A DNA stretch of 40,000 nucleotides from Bacteroidota bacterium (GTDB lineage: Bacteria; Bacteroidota; Ignavibacteria; Ignavibacteriales; Ignavibacteriaceae), in the NCBI GenBank assembly GCA_021824145.1, contig JAKALM010000010.1:104013-144012 (forward strand). The letters run 5' to 3'. Shown piece by piece: positions 17,976 through 27,480 of this stretch. The notes under the pieces were generated by a model, which was given only the letters and a program-made list of their open reading frames with translations, did no database searches and had not been told where the DNA came from. Position 1 is the first letter of the stretch; every line of letters starts with the position of its first letter. Both the position numbers and the translations under genes were made by a program.

Positions 17976-18770
17976 ATGAAAAAGACGATATTCAGCATTT
18001 CCAAAATGGATTGTTCAACTGAAGAACAGATTGTTCGCATGAAATTAGATGGTATGTCAAATATTGTGTCTATGAACTTCGATTTAGCTAAACGTAAACT
18101 TGAAATAATTCATTCTGAAGATTACTTAAAAATTTTTGATAGATTAAAGACCTTAAATCTAAATACAAAATTTATTTCATCTGAAAATTTTAATTCTGCA
18201 CCTCTTAATTCGCAAACCGAAATTGATACTAAGATATTGCAGAAGGTTTTGTCCATCAATTTTTTCTTTTTCGCAATTGAAATAATTTTTGGGTTGATAG
18301 CAAATTCCATGGGGTTGGTTGCTGATAGCTTAGATATGCTTGCCGATAGTATTGTATATGGAATTTCTTTATATGCAGTGAAACGTTCTTTACAATCCAA
18401 GAAAAGAGTTGCTTCAATAAGCGGCTACTTTCAGTTGTTGCTTGCATCATTGGGTTTTGTTGAAGTGATAAATCGTTTTATAGATAATATACAGATACCA
18501 TCATTTTATACGATGATAATAGTTTCATTGTTTGCATTAGCCGGAAACTCACTTAGTTTAATCTTGCTTCAAAAAAGTAAAACCAAGGAGGTTCATATAC
18601 AAGCCAGTATGATTTTTACTTCAAATGATGTTATTGTGAATATAGGAGTAATAATTGCCGGATTATTTGTACACTTTACAAATTCAAAATATCCAGATTT
18701 AATAATTGGTTTAATAATATTCTCAATAGTCGCACAAGGAGCCATTCGAATTTTACGACTTTCAAAATAA
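17976..18770 (+). CDS. Metal transporter: variant HMA domain fused to a CDF-like (cation efflux) membrane domain
   Basis: N-terminal FSISKMDCSTEEQIVRMKL matches the M-D-C-x-T-E-E variant of the heavy-metal-associated fold. The membrane part FFFAIEIIFGLIANSMGLVADSLDMLADSIVYGISLY resembles TM1-TM2 of cation diffusion facilitators. No C-terminal cytoplasmic CDF domain is visible. Confidence 0.65.
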   Translation: MKKTIFSISKMDCSTEEQIVRMKLDGMSNIVSMNFDLAKRKLEIIHSEDYLKIFDRLKTLNLNTKFISSENFNSAPLNSQTEIDTKILQKVLSINFFFFAIEIIFGLIANSMGLVADSLDMLADSIVYGISLYAVKRSLQSKKRVASISGYFQLLLASLGFVEVINRFIDNIQIPSFYTMIIVSLFALAGNSLSLILLQKSKTKEVHIQASMIFTSNDVIVNIGVIIAGLFVHFTNSKYPDLIIGLIIFSIVAQGAIRILRLSK

Positions 18771-19202
18771 AATATATTATTCTTTTATTTCAATTATCAT
18801 TATTTAATGGTTCAATATTAATTATTCAACAGTTTATTACTTCATGCGTGTAATATGCAAAACTTTATGCATATTTCTGGTACGAATAATTTTCCTTTAA
18901 TACTTTTATTATTTTGAAAGTTTCTCTTCGATTGTTTTTTTGAATTTGCTGTTTCATTTTTTCATTGCAATCTTTACAAGATTTAATTGAATCGATGAAA
19001 AATATGATACAATTGCTTTCAACGTAGTTTAGGGACATACCAATTTTCTATTTTTATCTAAATGTCTCAATATTTTATTCCTTAACCTTAACTTTGAAAG
19101 TGTCTCATAATTTGGATACGCAGTATAGAAAATAATATAAAGGCATCAACACATTTTCTTATTCTGTAGGATCTCTATAAAAAGATCTAATTTAATTAAT
19201 GA

Positions 19203-20126
19203 CTATTCCTCAATTCCAAGTCTATCAAGCATACTTTTATAAGCAAAATGATATTGCTCTACTTCTGGTTCTTTAGAATTAACTTCACGATAAAGCTTTA
19301 AAGCTTTATCATAGATTTTATGCTGTTCATAAAAATTAGCTAAAATAAATTTACAGGCAATCGTTTCTTCAAAATTATTTTCGGCTAGAATCTGTTGGAC
19401 AGAATCTTTTATCATTTTAGAATTTTCTTTTTGTTCAATATAGAACCAATATTCCCTTGAAATTGTATTCTTCTCTTTATTTAAGGCAACACTCCAATAA
19501 TAATGATTATCTTCTAATAAATTTAAATTAATTACATTTAATTTTATTAATGTATCACTAGTTTCAGTCTCATAAATTAAACGATCGAATTTATCTAATA
19601 AGCTAAAATAATACATTGCATTCTCGCCGTACTTGTACCAGGAAAAAATAATTGTTGTGTCTATAATATTTGAGTTTCTCGGCATATATAATTTTATTTT
19701 ATCTTTTTCAATTCTTTCGCGCATTACTGCACCCTTTTCATCCATTACTTTACCTTCTGAATCTTTTTGACTTACCTCATTAAAAATGAAGTCCGCAAAT
19801 TTATATGTCATTGATGTTGAATTAGGCTGTTTTAAATTATTTGTTAAATCTTTTACTTTATAAATACCTATATTTTTTAGTTCAATTGTTTTACCTGATT
19901 TATATACAAGACCTAAATAAACATTTTTACCCAGTTTAATTATATCATAAGAATTCAATTTTTTTCCAAAGGAAAGTTTATTCCATTCATTTGATTTTAA
20001 ATCTTTCACAAATGCTTCTCCATAAACAGCAATTACCCTAAATAATTCTGATTGTGCAAACCCTTGAGTAATTGAAATCATAAAAAAAATAATAAAAAAT
20101 ATAATTTTAAATTTTCTATTTGTCAT
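19203..20126 (-). CDS. Exported FecR-like beta-sandwich protein with C-terminal TPR-like helices (operon gene 11)
   Basis: Signal peptide (FFIIFFMISITQGFA-QS). FRVIAVYGEAFVKDLKSNEWNKLSFGKKLNSYDIIKLGKNVYLGLVYKSGKTIELKN fits the FecR-domain pattern. C-terminal ILANFYEQHKIYDKALKLYREV is TPR-like. The ATG overlaps the CHASE2 stop as ATGA (20123-20126). SD gggagg lies 8 nt upstream. Confidence 0.55.
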   Translation of the reverse strand: MTNRKFKIIFFIIFFMISITQGFAQSELFRVIAVYGEAFVKDLKSNEWNKLSFGKKLNSYDIIKLGKNVYLGLVYKSGKTIELKNIGIYKVKDLTNNLKQPNSTSMTYKFADFIFNEVSQKDSEGKVMDEKGAVMRERIEKDKIKLYMPRNSNIIDTTIIFSWYKYGENAMYYFSLLDKFDRLIYETETSDTLIKLNVINLNLLEDNHYYWSVALNKEKNTISREYWFYIEQKENSKMIKDSVQQILAENNFEETIACKFILANFYEQHKIYDKALKLYREVNSKEPEVEQYHFAYKSMLDRLGIEE

Positions 20127-21331
20127 AACAAAACCTCCCTTTTTTGGGGTTTTAATTTTTTTATTAATTCATTATATGTATTAATTGAATTAGGGACTAA
20201 AATTAGTGAAAGTATTATTATTGTCGTATCGAATTGATAATTAAATACATTAAAGATGAAGATAGATAGATATAATATAAACAAAATTTCAATTATCGTT
20301 ATTATTGAAGCAATCTCATCGTACCAATTACTACTTATTTTAGATACCCAAGAAAGAAATAAAATGTTCAATAGACATATTGTCATTGAAAGAATGATAT
20401 TTGTTATATAAGGCATTGAATTAATAAAATTACTACTTAATATCATCGAAATGATATTGGCGTGAATAATGACACCATACATGTCGGGAAAAGTTTTGCC
20501 GGCATATCTTTGATTCATTGGAGTAAAAAATTTATCATTAATAAATAAAGAGTCATTAAAATTAATCCCTAAAAATCCTACTAAAACAATTTTATTTTCG
20601 ATCATACTTTTATCAATTGAAGAATCCAACTGATCAATATCGATTCTCATATAATTATTATAGTAAACATTCCTTTCATAATTTATTCTTTCCTCAGTAT
20701 TATTACGTTTTAAAAAATCATTATATTTACCAACATCAAAAAGCTTTATACATTGAACAGCAAAAGCATTTATAGTATCACTCATAATAACATATCTAGG
20801 CATAAAGCTTCTGACGGTCATAAATCCTTTGCTTTCATCTGTTATCAAATTAGCATAACCTTGAGTTGCATTTCTTAAAAAGACTTTATTTGAAGTTTTA
20901 ATAGAATCATACATATCTGATGTATTGTTTTTTTTTATTAGTGCATTTGCCAAAACAATATTTTTCCCATTATTTAAACTCTTAACTAAATAATTATCGT
21001 TCTTAGATCCATCAAAATTTTCAAAAAAAATATCAATCCCAATAACTTTTGGATTAAATTTTTCCAAAATATTTAATCTTTTTGAAATTTCATTTCTCGA
21101 TAAAAATCCGATATTAACAATTACGATATTTGTATCCAATGGAATATCATCATGATTACGAAGTTTAGAAAAAACTATGTCACTGAATTCAAAATCACTA
21201 AATGCTTTTGATAATGGATTAAGGAAATCAAAATCTATTGGAATGATTGACATTCCAAATATGAATAAAAAAATGGATATTGTAATTATTAGTTTATGAA
21301 TAAAACTCATTAACTTAAAGTTAAATTCCAA
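20123..21331 (-). CDS. Stand-alone CHASE2 domain membrane protein, no output domain (operon gene 10)
   Basis: N-terminal TM, then CHASE2 landmarks: IVIVNIGFLSRNEI...PKVIGIDIFFE; GYANLITDESKGFMTVRSF; NKIVLVGFLG...FFTP...MYGVIIHANIISMIL. Three C-terminal TM helices and a stop ~15 aa later. Start is TTG 21331 (11-nt overlap with CHAT) or ATG 21310 (10-nt spacer). Confidence 0.78.
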   Translation of the reverse strand: MEFNFKLMSFIHKLIITISIFLFIFGMSIIPIDFDFLNPLSKAFSDFEFSDIVFSKLRNHDDIPLDTNIVIVNIGFLSRNEISKRLNILEKFNPKVIGIDIFFENFDGSKNDNYLVKSLNNGKNIVLANALIKKNNTSDMYDSIKTSNKVFLRNATQGYANLITDESKGFMTVRSFMPRYVIMSDTINAFAVQCIKLFDVGKYNDFLKRNNTEERINYERNVYYNNYMRIDIDQLDSSIDKSMIENKIVLVGFLGINFNDSLFINDKFFTPMNQRYAGKTFPDMYGVIIHANIISMILSSNFINSMPYITNIILSMTICLLNILFLSWVSKISSNWYDEIASIITIIEILFILYLSIFIFNVFNYQFDTTIIILSLILVPNSINTYNELIKKLKPQKREVLL

Positions 21332-23861
21332 CTATAATAAAACTACCCCAATCATATGGATTTGGGAACTTGGATTTAATTTCTAATTGAGCACTTTTAA
21401 ATGCTTCAAATTTATCATTGTTTACTATCCAATTTTTATAAAATTGAACCATAAGTTTTTGTGTTATTTTATCATCAACTTTCCAAAGACTCATTATAAT
21501 TGTTTTAGCACCAGCAATTTGAAATGCTCTCTGTAATCCGTACACACCTTCTCCATTGACAATTTTGCCTTTTGCGGTTTCACACGCTGATAGTACAACT
21601 ATTTCTGTACTATCTAAACAAAGATTAGTTGCTTCTAAAGCAGTTAATATGCCGTCATCAATATCAAGATTATTTTTACTAAAAAGATTTCTATTTGCTC
21701 CTGCAAAATAAAGTACTGAATTCAGTAATGGGTAATTCTCTCTATAAAATTCATTATTAAGGTTTTCTTTTATATTAGAAAAGCCACCATGAGTTGCAAT
21801 GTGTAAAATGAAAGGATTTTTAATTGATTTTAAAGCTTCTTCTATCGCATTTTCTTTAATAAATTTATCAACTTGCCAATTATTATCTTTTAATATTTTT
21901 TCAATTTCAGTAATCTCAATTTCACTTCCTTTTAATTCTTTTAATCCATTATTATTACTAAATATTTGATTTGAATCTTTATTATCTAACTGTCTCATAT
22001 AGTATTTATTTGCCAGTTCAATATTTTTAGCTTTAGATAAATTATAGTTTGGATTTCCGAATAAACAAGCATATTTTGTTTTATGGTTCTTAACTTCATT
22101 TCTATTTATGATTTCATTTGTATTGGATACAAGTATAATATTATACTTATCAATTAGAAATCTGTTTTCATTATCTCTTAATGTGTTCAAATTTATTTTA
22201 TTATAGACTCCGTCTAATGATAAGTAAATTTTTTTCATGCCTATCAAATTTTCGTCAATTTTCTCCCAAAATTGATCGTATGATAATTGATCATCAAATG
22301 AATCTGTAATTGATTTTATATAATTAGAGTATATAACATTCTCTAGAGAATATCCATTTTTATTTATTACAATCTTTGGATATTCTTTAGTATCCTTATT
22401 TACAATTAGTGCAGCATAAAAAATAGTATCGGTATTCAAATATTGGATACGAATTATTTCTATAGCTGCTTCAGATGGTTTTAATTTAAGTTGAATATCT
22501 TTCCAATTAGTTTTTGGATTTCTCAATTCATAATAAGATTTGCCAGCTTGGGCACTAAGCTTATGTTCCATTGTACCAATTAAAGCGTCTAATGAATCCA
22601 GTTGATTTAGATATTCAATATTTATGTATTCGGAACTAATTGAGATATTAGAATATTCTTGCTTAAGTTTCTGGATTTTAGCATATAAATTAATTAGAGA
22701 GGAATCATTTGTACCTCTAATTCTATTCTTTTCTTTTTGAATTGAGTTCAATAATAATCCTTTAGTAGCAATTTGCTCATCATACATTTCACATAAGATC
22801 TTTGGGTTTGAATAATGTCTTGATATTGCAAAAAAATCAAATTCATTTAAATACTTTTTTAACATCGTCCAAAATTTTTCTCTTTCGTATTCATTTAAAA
22901 CTGGGAAATTTCTATCAATTTGAAAAGACAGACTTTTACAAAGTTCAATGAAATATTTTTCTGCTTTATCCATATTTCCAATTTCGAAATAAAACAAACT
23001 TAAGTTATTGAGCATTTGAATATATTTAGGATGCTTCGTCCCAAAAATCTTTGATGTAAAATTTAGAGTCTCGACATAAAGTGATTCAGCTTTAATATAG
23101 TTATGCTCTTTCTTATATATATAACCTAGATTATTTATAATGTCCAGGAAATAATTCGGGTATTGATTTATGGAAGATATTAATTCAAGAGCTTTATTAT
23201 AGTTATCAATTGCTCTATCAAATTGATCAATCTTCAAACACTCCATAGCATTATTACAAAAATAATTTATTCTATTTCGAGTATCAGAGTGTTGATCCAA
23301 TTCAACCATTTGCAGTAGTGAATCAGCTTTTGAAATTTTGCCGATCGTTCGATATATAAGCGAAAGAATATTGATAGATTTAATATAATCTGAACTTTTT
23401 ATATCCTCATTTTTTTGGTGTAGATTAATTGCATTTATACTAAAATTTTCTGCTTTCTCATATTGTCCTAATTTTAAATATAAGCTAGCTAAATTTTCAC
23501 ATGAAGTAGCTAAATATTCCCAATAGTTTGGATATTTTTCTTTTCTGATCGAATACGCTTGTAATAAAAATTTCTCAGCTTCATCATATTTCCCAAGTTC
23601 TAGATTAAATTGACCAATATAGCTAAGAATTATAGTATAATTTATTCCTTGATCATCTTTTAAGTCCTCTACTAATATTTTAGCTTGCTCCATCGAAAGT
23701 ATTGCTTGATTTAAATTGCCTTTGCTATGTTCTTCAATAGAATTTAAGTATAAATCTTTCCAATTCTGTGCAAAAAGATTATTGGTAAGGAATGCAAAAA
23801 TTATAAATAAGTGAATAATAATTACTTTTATACTTCTATACTTAGTAATATATCTTGACAA
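21321..23861 (-). CDS. Exported TPR-CHAT caspase-like protease (operon gene 9)
   Basis: N-terminal basic + hydrophobic segment (KYRSIKVIIIHLFIIFAFLTNNLFA-QN). About 270 aa of TPR repeats (e.g. GKYDEAEKFLLQAYSI, GQYEKAENFSINAINL, HNYIKAESLYVETLNF, GNMDKAEKYFIEL). C-terminal CHAT: LHIATHGG (His691, nt 21789-21791), VVLSACETAKG (Cys760, nt 21582-21584), terminal YDWGSFIIVG. TTG start. Confidence 0.85.
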   Translation of the reverse strand: MSRYITKYRSIKVIIIHLFIIFAFLTNNLFAQNWKDLYLNSIEEHSKGNLNQAILSMEQAKILVEDLKDDQGINYTIILSYIGQFNLELGKYDEAEKFLLQAYSIRKEKYPNYWEYLATSCENLASLYLKLGQYEKAENFSINAINLHQKNEDIKSSDYIKSINILSLIYRTIGKISKADSLLQMVELDQHSDTRNRINYFCNNAMECLKIDQFDRAIDNYNKALELISSINQYPNYFLDIINNLGYIYKKEHNYIKAESLYVETLNFTSKIFGTKHPKYIQMLNNLSLFYFEIGNMDKAEKYFIELCKSLSFQIDRNFPVLNEYEREKFWTMLKKYLNEFDFFAISRHYSNPKILCEMYDEQIATKGLLLNSIQKEKNRIRGTNDSSLINLYAKIQKLKQEYSNISISSEYINIEYLNQLDSLDALIGTMEHKLSAQAGKSYYELRNPKTNWKDIQLKLKPSEAAIEIIRIQYLNTDTIFYAALIVNKDTKEYPKIVINKNGYSLENVIYSNYIKSITDSFDDQLSYDQFWEKIDENLIGMKKIYLSLDGVYNKINLNTLRDNENRFLIDKYNIILVSNTNEIINRNEVKNHKTKYACLFGNPNYNLSKAKNIELANKYYMRQLDNKDSNQIFSNNNGLKELKGSEIEITEIEKILKDNNWQVDKFIKENAIEEALKSIKNPFILHIATHGGFSNIKENLNNEFYRENYPLLNSVLYFAGANRNLFSKNNLDIDDGILTALEATNLCLDSTEIVVLSACETAKGKIVNGEGVYGLQRAFQIAGAKTIIMSLWKVDDKITQKLMVQFYKNWIVNNDKFEAFKSAQLEIKSKFPNPYDWGSFIIVGI

Positions 23862-23904
23862 AATATTTATTTTTGAATTATTAAAATTTTATAGTTTAAT
23901 TTTG

Positions 23905-25248
23905 TTAAAAGAAAAATGAAATTCCGGCACCAACTGAAAATCCAGTAGTTTTTAAATCAATATTATCATCATTTTTTAGCAGTGGAACAAAATGGTATCC
24001 CCCCTCTCCATATATTCCAAAGCTTCCTAATTTGAAGGTTAAGGATCCAAGAAAATCAACATCTATACCACGGTATGCTTGATTAACAATATTATTTAAA
24101 TTATTATCTTGAAATTCAATGGATGTATACATATAATTAATTCCAAAGATTATTCCTGGATACATAAAATTAAGTATAGAAAATTTCTGTTGTATTCCAC
24201 ACCCTAATTGAAAGAAAAATAATTTACTATGTATTGTTTGATTTGAAGTTAAATATATATTCTCATTAACTTCACTCGTTAATGATAGTCTTCCATTTAT
24301 AAAAAACCGTGTATTAGCTTTAGCAAAATTGATTTGTAAACCAAACACTAAAGGAGTTAATGTGCGTGTGTTAAAAAATTTTTTTAGTGTATCTGAATTA
24401 AATGTAAAATTCTGGACTGTAAAGATTAACCAGTCATTAGATCTATATTTATCAGTTTCGTTTTCAAGTTCAAGTTCTTCTTTATCCCTGATAACTTTCT
24501 CGGCTCTTTCACTTCTTAATTCAGCTAATTTAATCCTAAATTTTTCAGCTTTATCATTATTTCTTTTAGTTCTTAAATAGTAATTACGATATGTCATTTC
24601 ATTAAAGTCAACTTGATCATTTACCAGTTTAAATTCACAATTAGATGAAGTTGAAAATACTTTATTAACTGTTACTTCACCAAGAACTTCATCTTTGACA
24701 GTAGAAATCAACTCTAATACATCGTTTTTAATTGCAGAACGATCTGCACCATAATTGATTGAAATTGTTTCTTTATCAATAAAAGAATTTATTTTATAAA
24801 TTGTGGGTACAATATTCTTTATATATTGGGCAATATATTCAGAAATCAGCTCATTATTCGACTCTGAAAGGTAATTTTGTGTAAGTGTAGAAACATCATT
24901 TGTTTGTAAATTTATAATATCAATCCTTATATCAAACAAAGTAGTAAAATTTTTTGATTGACTTATGTAACCTTTAATTGCATAACTAGCCGGAGTAAAA
25001 TTTACTTCTATAGTTTTTTTAAAATAATTCCTTATATCCTGAACCTTTAATTCATCTTGTGCAATTGAAAAATCTCTAGAAGGGAGAGAGAACGATTTGC
25101 TAAGATCTTCTTTTAGTTGAGATTCTATTTTTTTTGCTATTTGTTTTGTTCCATTTCCCTCTTCTGAATTAAAGGGATATACCACAATTTGTCCAAATAA
25201 AGTTGAACTAAATAACAATAATAAAATGGATAGAAATATTTTTTTCAT
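23905..25248 (-). CDS. Exported protein: TolB-N/FlgO/CsgG-like N-domain + C-terminal small beta-barrel (operon gene 8)
   Basis: I prefer ATG 25248 (MKKIFLSILLLLFSSTLFG-Q, SD aaggaaa upstream) over the track start 25272. N-domain IVVYPFNSEEGNG..IAKKIESQLKEDLSKSF..SRDFSIAQDELKVQ fits the periplasmic scaffold fold seen in LpoB/CsgG/FlgO. A charged coiled coil follows. The last ~170 aa alternate hydrophobic/polar residues and end in GAGISFFF, an OMP-type terminal Phe. Confidence 0.55.
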   Translation of the reverse strand: MKKIFLSILLLLFSSTLFGQIVVYPFNSEEGNGTKQIAKKIESQLKEDLSKSFSLPSRDFSIAQDELKVQDIRNYFKKTIEVNFTPASYAIKGYISQSKNFTTLFDIRIDIINLQTNDVSTLTQNYLSESNNELISEYIAQYIKNIVPTIYKINSFIDKETISINYGADRSAIKNDVLELISTVKDEVLGEVTVNKVFSTSSNCEFKLVNDQVDFNEMTYRNYYLRTKRNNDKAEKFRIKLAELRSERAEKVIRDKEELELENETDKYRSNDWLIFTVQNFTFNSDTLKKFFNTRTLTPLVFGLQINFAKANTRFFINGRLSLTSEVNENIYLTSNQTIHSKLFFFQLGCGIQQKFSILNFMYPGIIFGINYMYTSIEFQDNNLNNIVNQAYRGIDVDFLGSLTFKLGSFGIYGEGGYHFVPLLKNDDNIDLKTTGFSVGAGISFFF

Positions 25249-25258
25249 AAAAATTTCC

Positions 25259-26371
25259 TTAATTAATCTCAAAATTGATTAGTTTGCCTGAAGTGCTTTT
25301 AAGGTTCAATCTTCTAAAATTTGTTTTCCCGCTTAAAGCATCGAATATAGCATCTACAACCTCATCAGGTCGGGGACTTTTATAAGTAATTTCAAACCTA
25401 TAGAAATCTTCCTGTTTACTCATTCTAATATCTCCGGTAAATCCTTCATGTGAGGTTAAAGCATTTTTAAATTCTCTGGCTATTAAGTAGTCCGTTATTC
25501 CAAAGATTCTAATTTCGTAACTTGATCCTCTTGCAGCCATTCTATTAAAGTTTAACAGAATTTGTTCCACTATTTTTTCTGCTGACTTAATTGATGCTTC
25601 TTTTATAGCAGTAATATTAGCTTCGTCTTGATTTGTAATATTACCAACTAAACCGCTTGATTCATTTGCTGTACCTATTCCAGTAGCATTTTCTGTATCA
25701 AATGCTTCAAGATTAATATTTGCAGAAGAATAATAGGCTCCCGTATTTAAATTTTTACCCTTCATATCCAAAGTTATATTTACTGTTATATAATAAGGGG
25801 CATCTGCTTTAATTGCTATATCTCTCATATCTTGACTTCCAGATAATGATGACATCTCTTGCATTATATTACTTACGGCATCCTGAGAAATATATGTAAA
25901 TCCCAGCCTGCCTAAATATTCATTGATTACATTCACTGATAAATCTGTTAGCTTTTTATTAGAATTTTCATTTGAGTAGTATGAAGAAATTACCAAAATT
26001 TTAGGCCTATTAACTCTATCTAACAAATTATCAATTGCACTAATATCTTTTTCTAAATCACTTCGAGATATGTCAGCTTTAATAGTCACTTCCCATTTTT
26101 TTGTATCATCATCAAATTCCTTATTTGTAACAATTTCATTTTTTAAATATGCATCTGGTTTATTAGTTACTTTCCCTTTAATTACCTCCATTTGTTGGGG
26201 TCTTTCTGTGAATAAATCCTCAACTCCCTGTATAACAGCTTTTCTTCTAGCATCTTCCAGAGCATCTCTTTCTGTTTTTCCATATCCAGTAGATTTTTCT
26301 TTTACTGATGTTTGAGAATAGACTATAGAAGGAATAATTATAAAAAACAAAATAAAAATTACTTTATTCAT
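25259..26371 (-). CDS. Exported three-domain protein, LPP20/FlgT-like (operon gene 7)
   Basis: Signal peptide (IIIPSIVYS-QT). N-domain STGYGKTERDALEDARRKAVIQGVEDLF is LPP20/FlgT-N-like. The middle RPKILVISSYYSN...LTDLSVNVINEYLGRLGFTYISQDAVSNIMQE is TolB-N-like. The C-terminus has a small alpha/beta domain. Size (370 aa) and three-part layout resemble Vibrio FlgT. This is inference only. Confidence 0.45.
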   Translation of the reverse strand: MNKVIFILFFIIIPSIVYSQTSVKEKSTGYGKTERDALEDARRKAVIQGVEDLFTERPQQMEVIKGKVTNKPDAYLKNEIVTNKEFDDDTKKWEVTIKADISRSDLEKDISAIDNLLDRVNRPKILVISSYYSNENSNKKLTDLSVNVINEYLGRLGFTYISQDAVSNIMQEMSSLSGSQDMRDIAIKADAPYYITVNITLDMKGKNLNTGAYYSSANINLEAFDTENATGIGTANESSGLVGNITNQDEANITAIKEASIKSAEKIVEQILLNFNRMAARGSSYEIRIFGITDYLIAREFKNALTSHEGFTGDIRMSKQEDFYRFEITYKSPRPDEVVDAIFDALSGKTNFRRLNLKSTSGKLINFEIN

Positions 26372-26403
26372 TTGTTCCTCTTTGAATTAATTTTATCAAT
26401 ATT

Positions 26404-27441
26404 TTATTTACTTCTAATCAAATTTTTCACAGATGCACCTAAAATTTTTTTTGAATCCTTTGAAAAATAATCATTGACATAAACGCCACTACCAAAAGTA
26501 CCTATATATAACTTCCCATTAGGAGAGAGAAACAAAGAGTATATCATTCGACCAAATTCATCACCGCCAATTTTAACCCAATTCCTTCCATTATCTTTAG
26601 AATAATAAACTCCAAATTGATAAGTGCTTGCAAAAAGATTTCCATCATTATCACATACTAAACCGCTAATATATGGATTAGGAATTCCAAATCTTTTGTT
26701 ATTGCTAATGTTAGTCCACTTATTTTTAGTTGAATCAAATAAATATACTCCACCTCCATGCGTAGCCGCATATAACAAACCTTTTTCACTTTTCGTAATT
26801 ATCCTAATATTCCCATTTTGTAATCCATTACTAATTTCTTCCCAATTTTTGCCAGAATCTGTAGATCGAAAGATTCCCGATACAGTACCTGCATAGAAAG
26901 TATTATATTTATCTATATATAAATAATTAATGCAAATATTTTTAAGACCATTATTAATTGTTGATATTGAATCATTATGATTAAGTTCATAAATACCATC
27001 ATTAGTACCAAAAACAACGTTATTATCTTTTGTAAAATCAATCGAATAAATCATCTTATCTTTTGGTTTTTCAGTTAATACTTCCCATTTTTTTTTATCA
27101 TTAGGCTTTGATGGTGTTACAGTTGAATCATTGCCATATCCAGATTTAAGAAATAATTTATAAACATTACCAGCACATCCAGCATAAAGATTATTAGCGC
27201 TATCTATTTTTAAACTATATACATCATTAATAATTTTATTATCATCAATTCTATGCCATGTTGAGTCACCTTCTGAGAAACACCAGATTCCGGAATCAGA
27301 AGTTCCAATAAATAAAGTATCTGATACTTCTGCTAATGAATATATACTTCCTCCAAATGGCCTGACTAATTGCTTCCAAATACTTTGGGCAAAAGTTAAA
27401 CTAGTACAAAAAAATAATATGGATAAGAAACGAAATTTCAT
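26404..27441 (-). CDS. Exported BNR/Asp-box beta-propeller protein (operon gene 6)
   Basis: Signal peptide (LFFCTSLTFA-QS). Asp-box motifs STDSGKNWEEI and SKDNGRNWVKI plus degenerate SEGDSTWHRI and DSTKNKWTNI. Recurrent blade strands (LYAGCAGNVYKL, FYAGTVSGIFRS, LLYAATHGGGVYLF, LYIGTFGSGVYV). Confidence 0.7.
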   Translation of the reverse strand: MKFRFLSILFFCTSLTFAQSIWKQLVRPFGGSIYSLAEVSDTLFIGTSDSGIWCFSEGDSTWHRIDDNKIINDVYSLKIDSANNLYAGCAGNVYKLFLKSGYGNDSTVTPSKPNDKKKWEVLTEKPKDKMIYSIDFTKDNNVVFGTNDGIYELNHNDSISTINNGLKNICINYLYIDKYNTFYAGTVSGIFRSTDSGKNWEEISNGLQNGNIRIITKSEKGLLYAATHGGGVYLFDSTKNKWTNISNNKRFGIPNPYISGLVCDNDGNLFASTYQFGVYYSKDNGRNWVKIGGDEFGRMIYSLFLSPNGKLYIGTFGSGVYVNDYFSKDSKKILGASVKNLIRSK

Positions 27442-27480
27442 TTTTCTCCTTTAATACATAATCTATTACTTAAATAATAA

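Noticed and set aside
17068-18450. Track ORFs 17068..17265 (-), 18122..18400 (-) and 18256..18450 (-)
   Set aside because: They are antisense to the methyltransferase/thioesterase junction and to the HMA-CDF transporter. No motifs.
21321-23861. TPR-CHAT as Csx29 of a type III-E CRISPR (Craspase) locus, or as a gasdermin-activating protease
   Set aside because: No gRAMP/Cas7-11, Csx30/31, CRISPR array or gasdermin-like ORF is in the window. The protein carries an export signal, and all neighbours are envelope proteins.
24329-26896. Plus-strand track ORFs 24329..24580, 26070..26315 and 26624..26896 inside the operon
   Set aside because: They are antisense to operon genes 8, 7 and 6. Ser/Leu/Phe-rich translations are typical of the reverse complement of Lys/Glu/Asn-rich genes.
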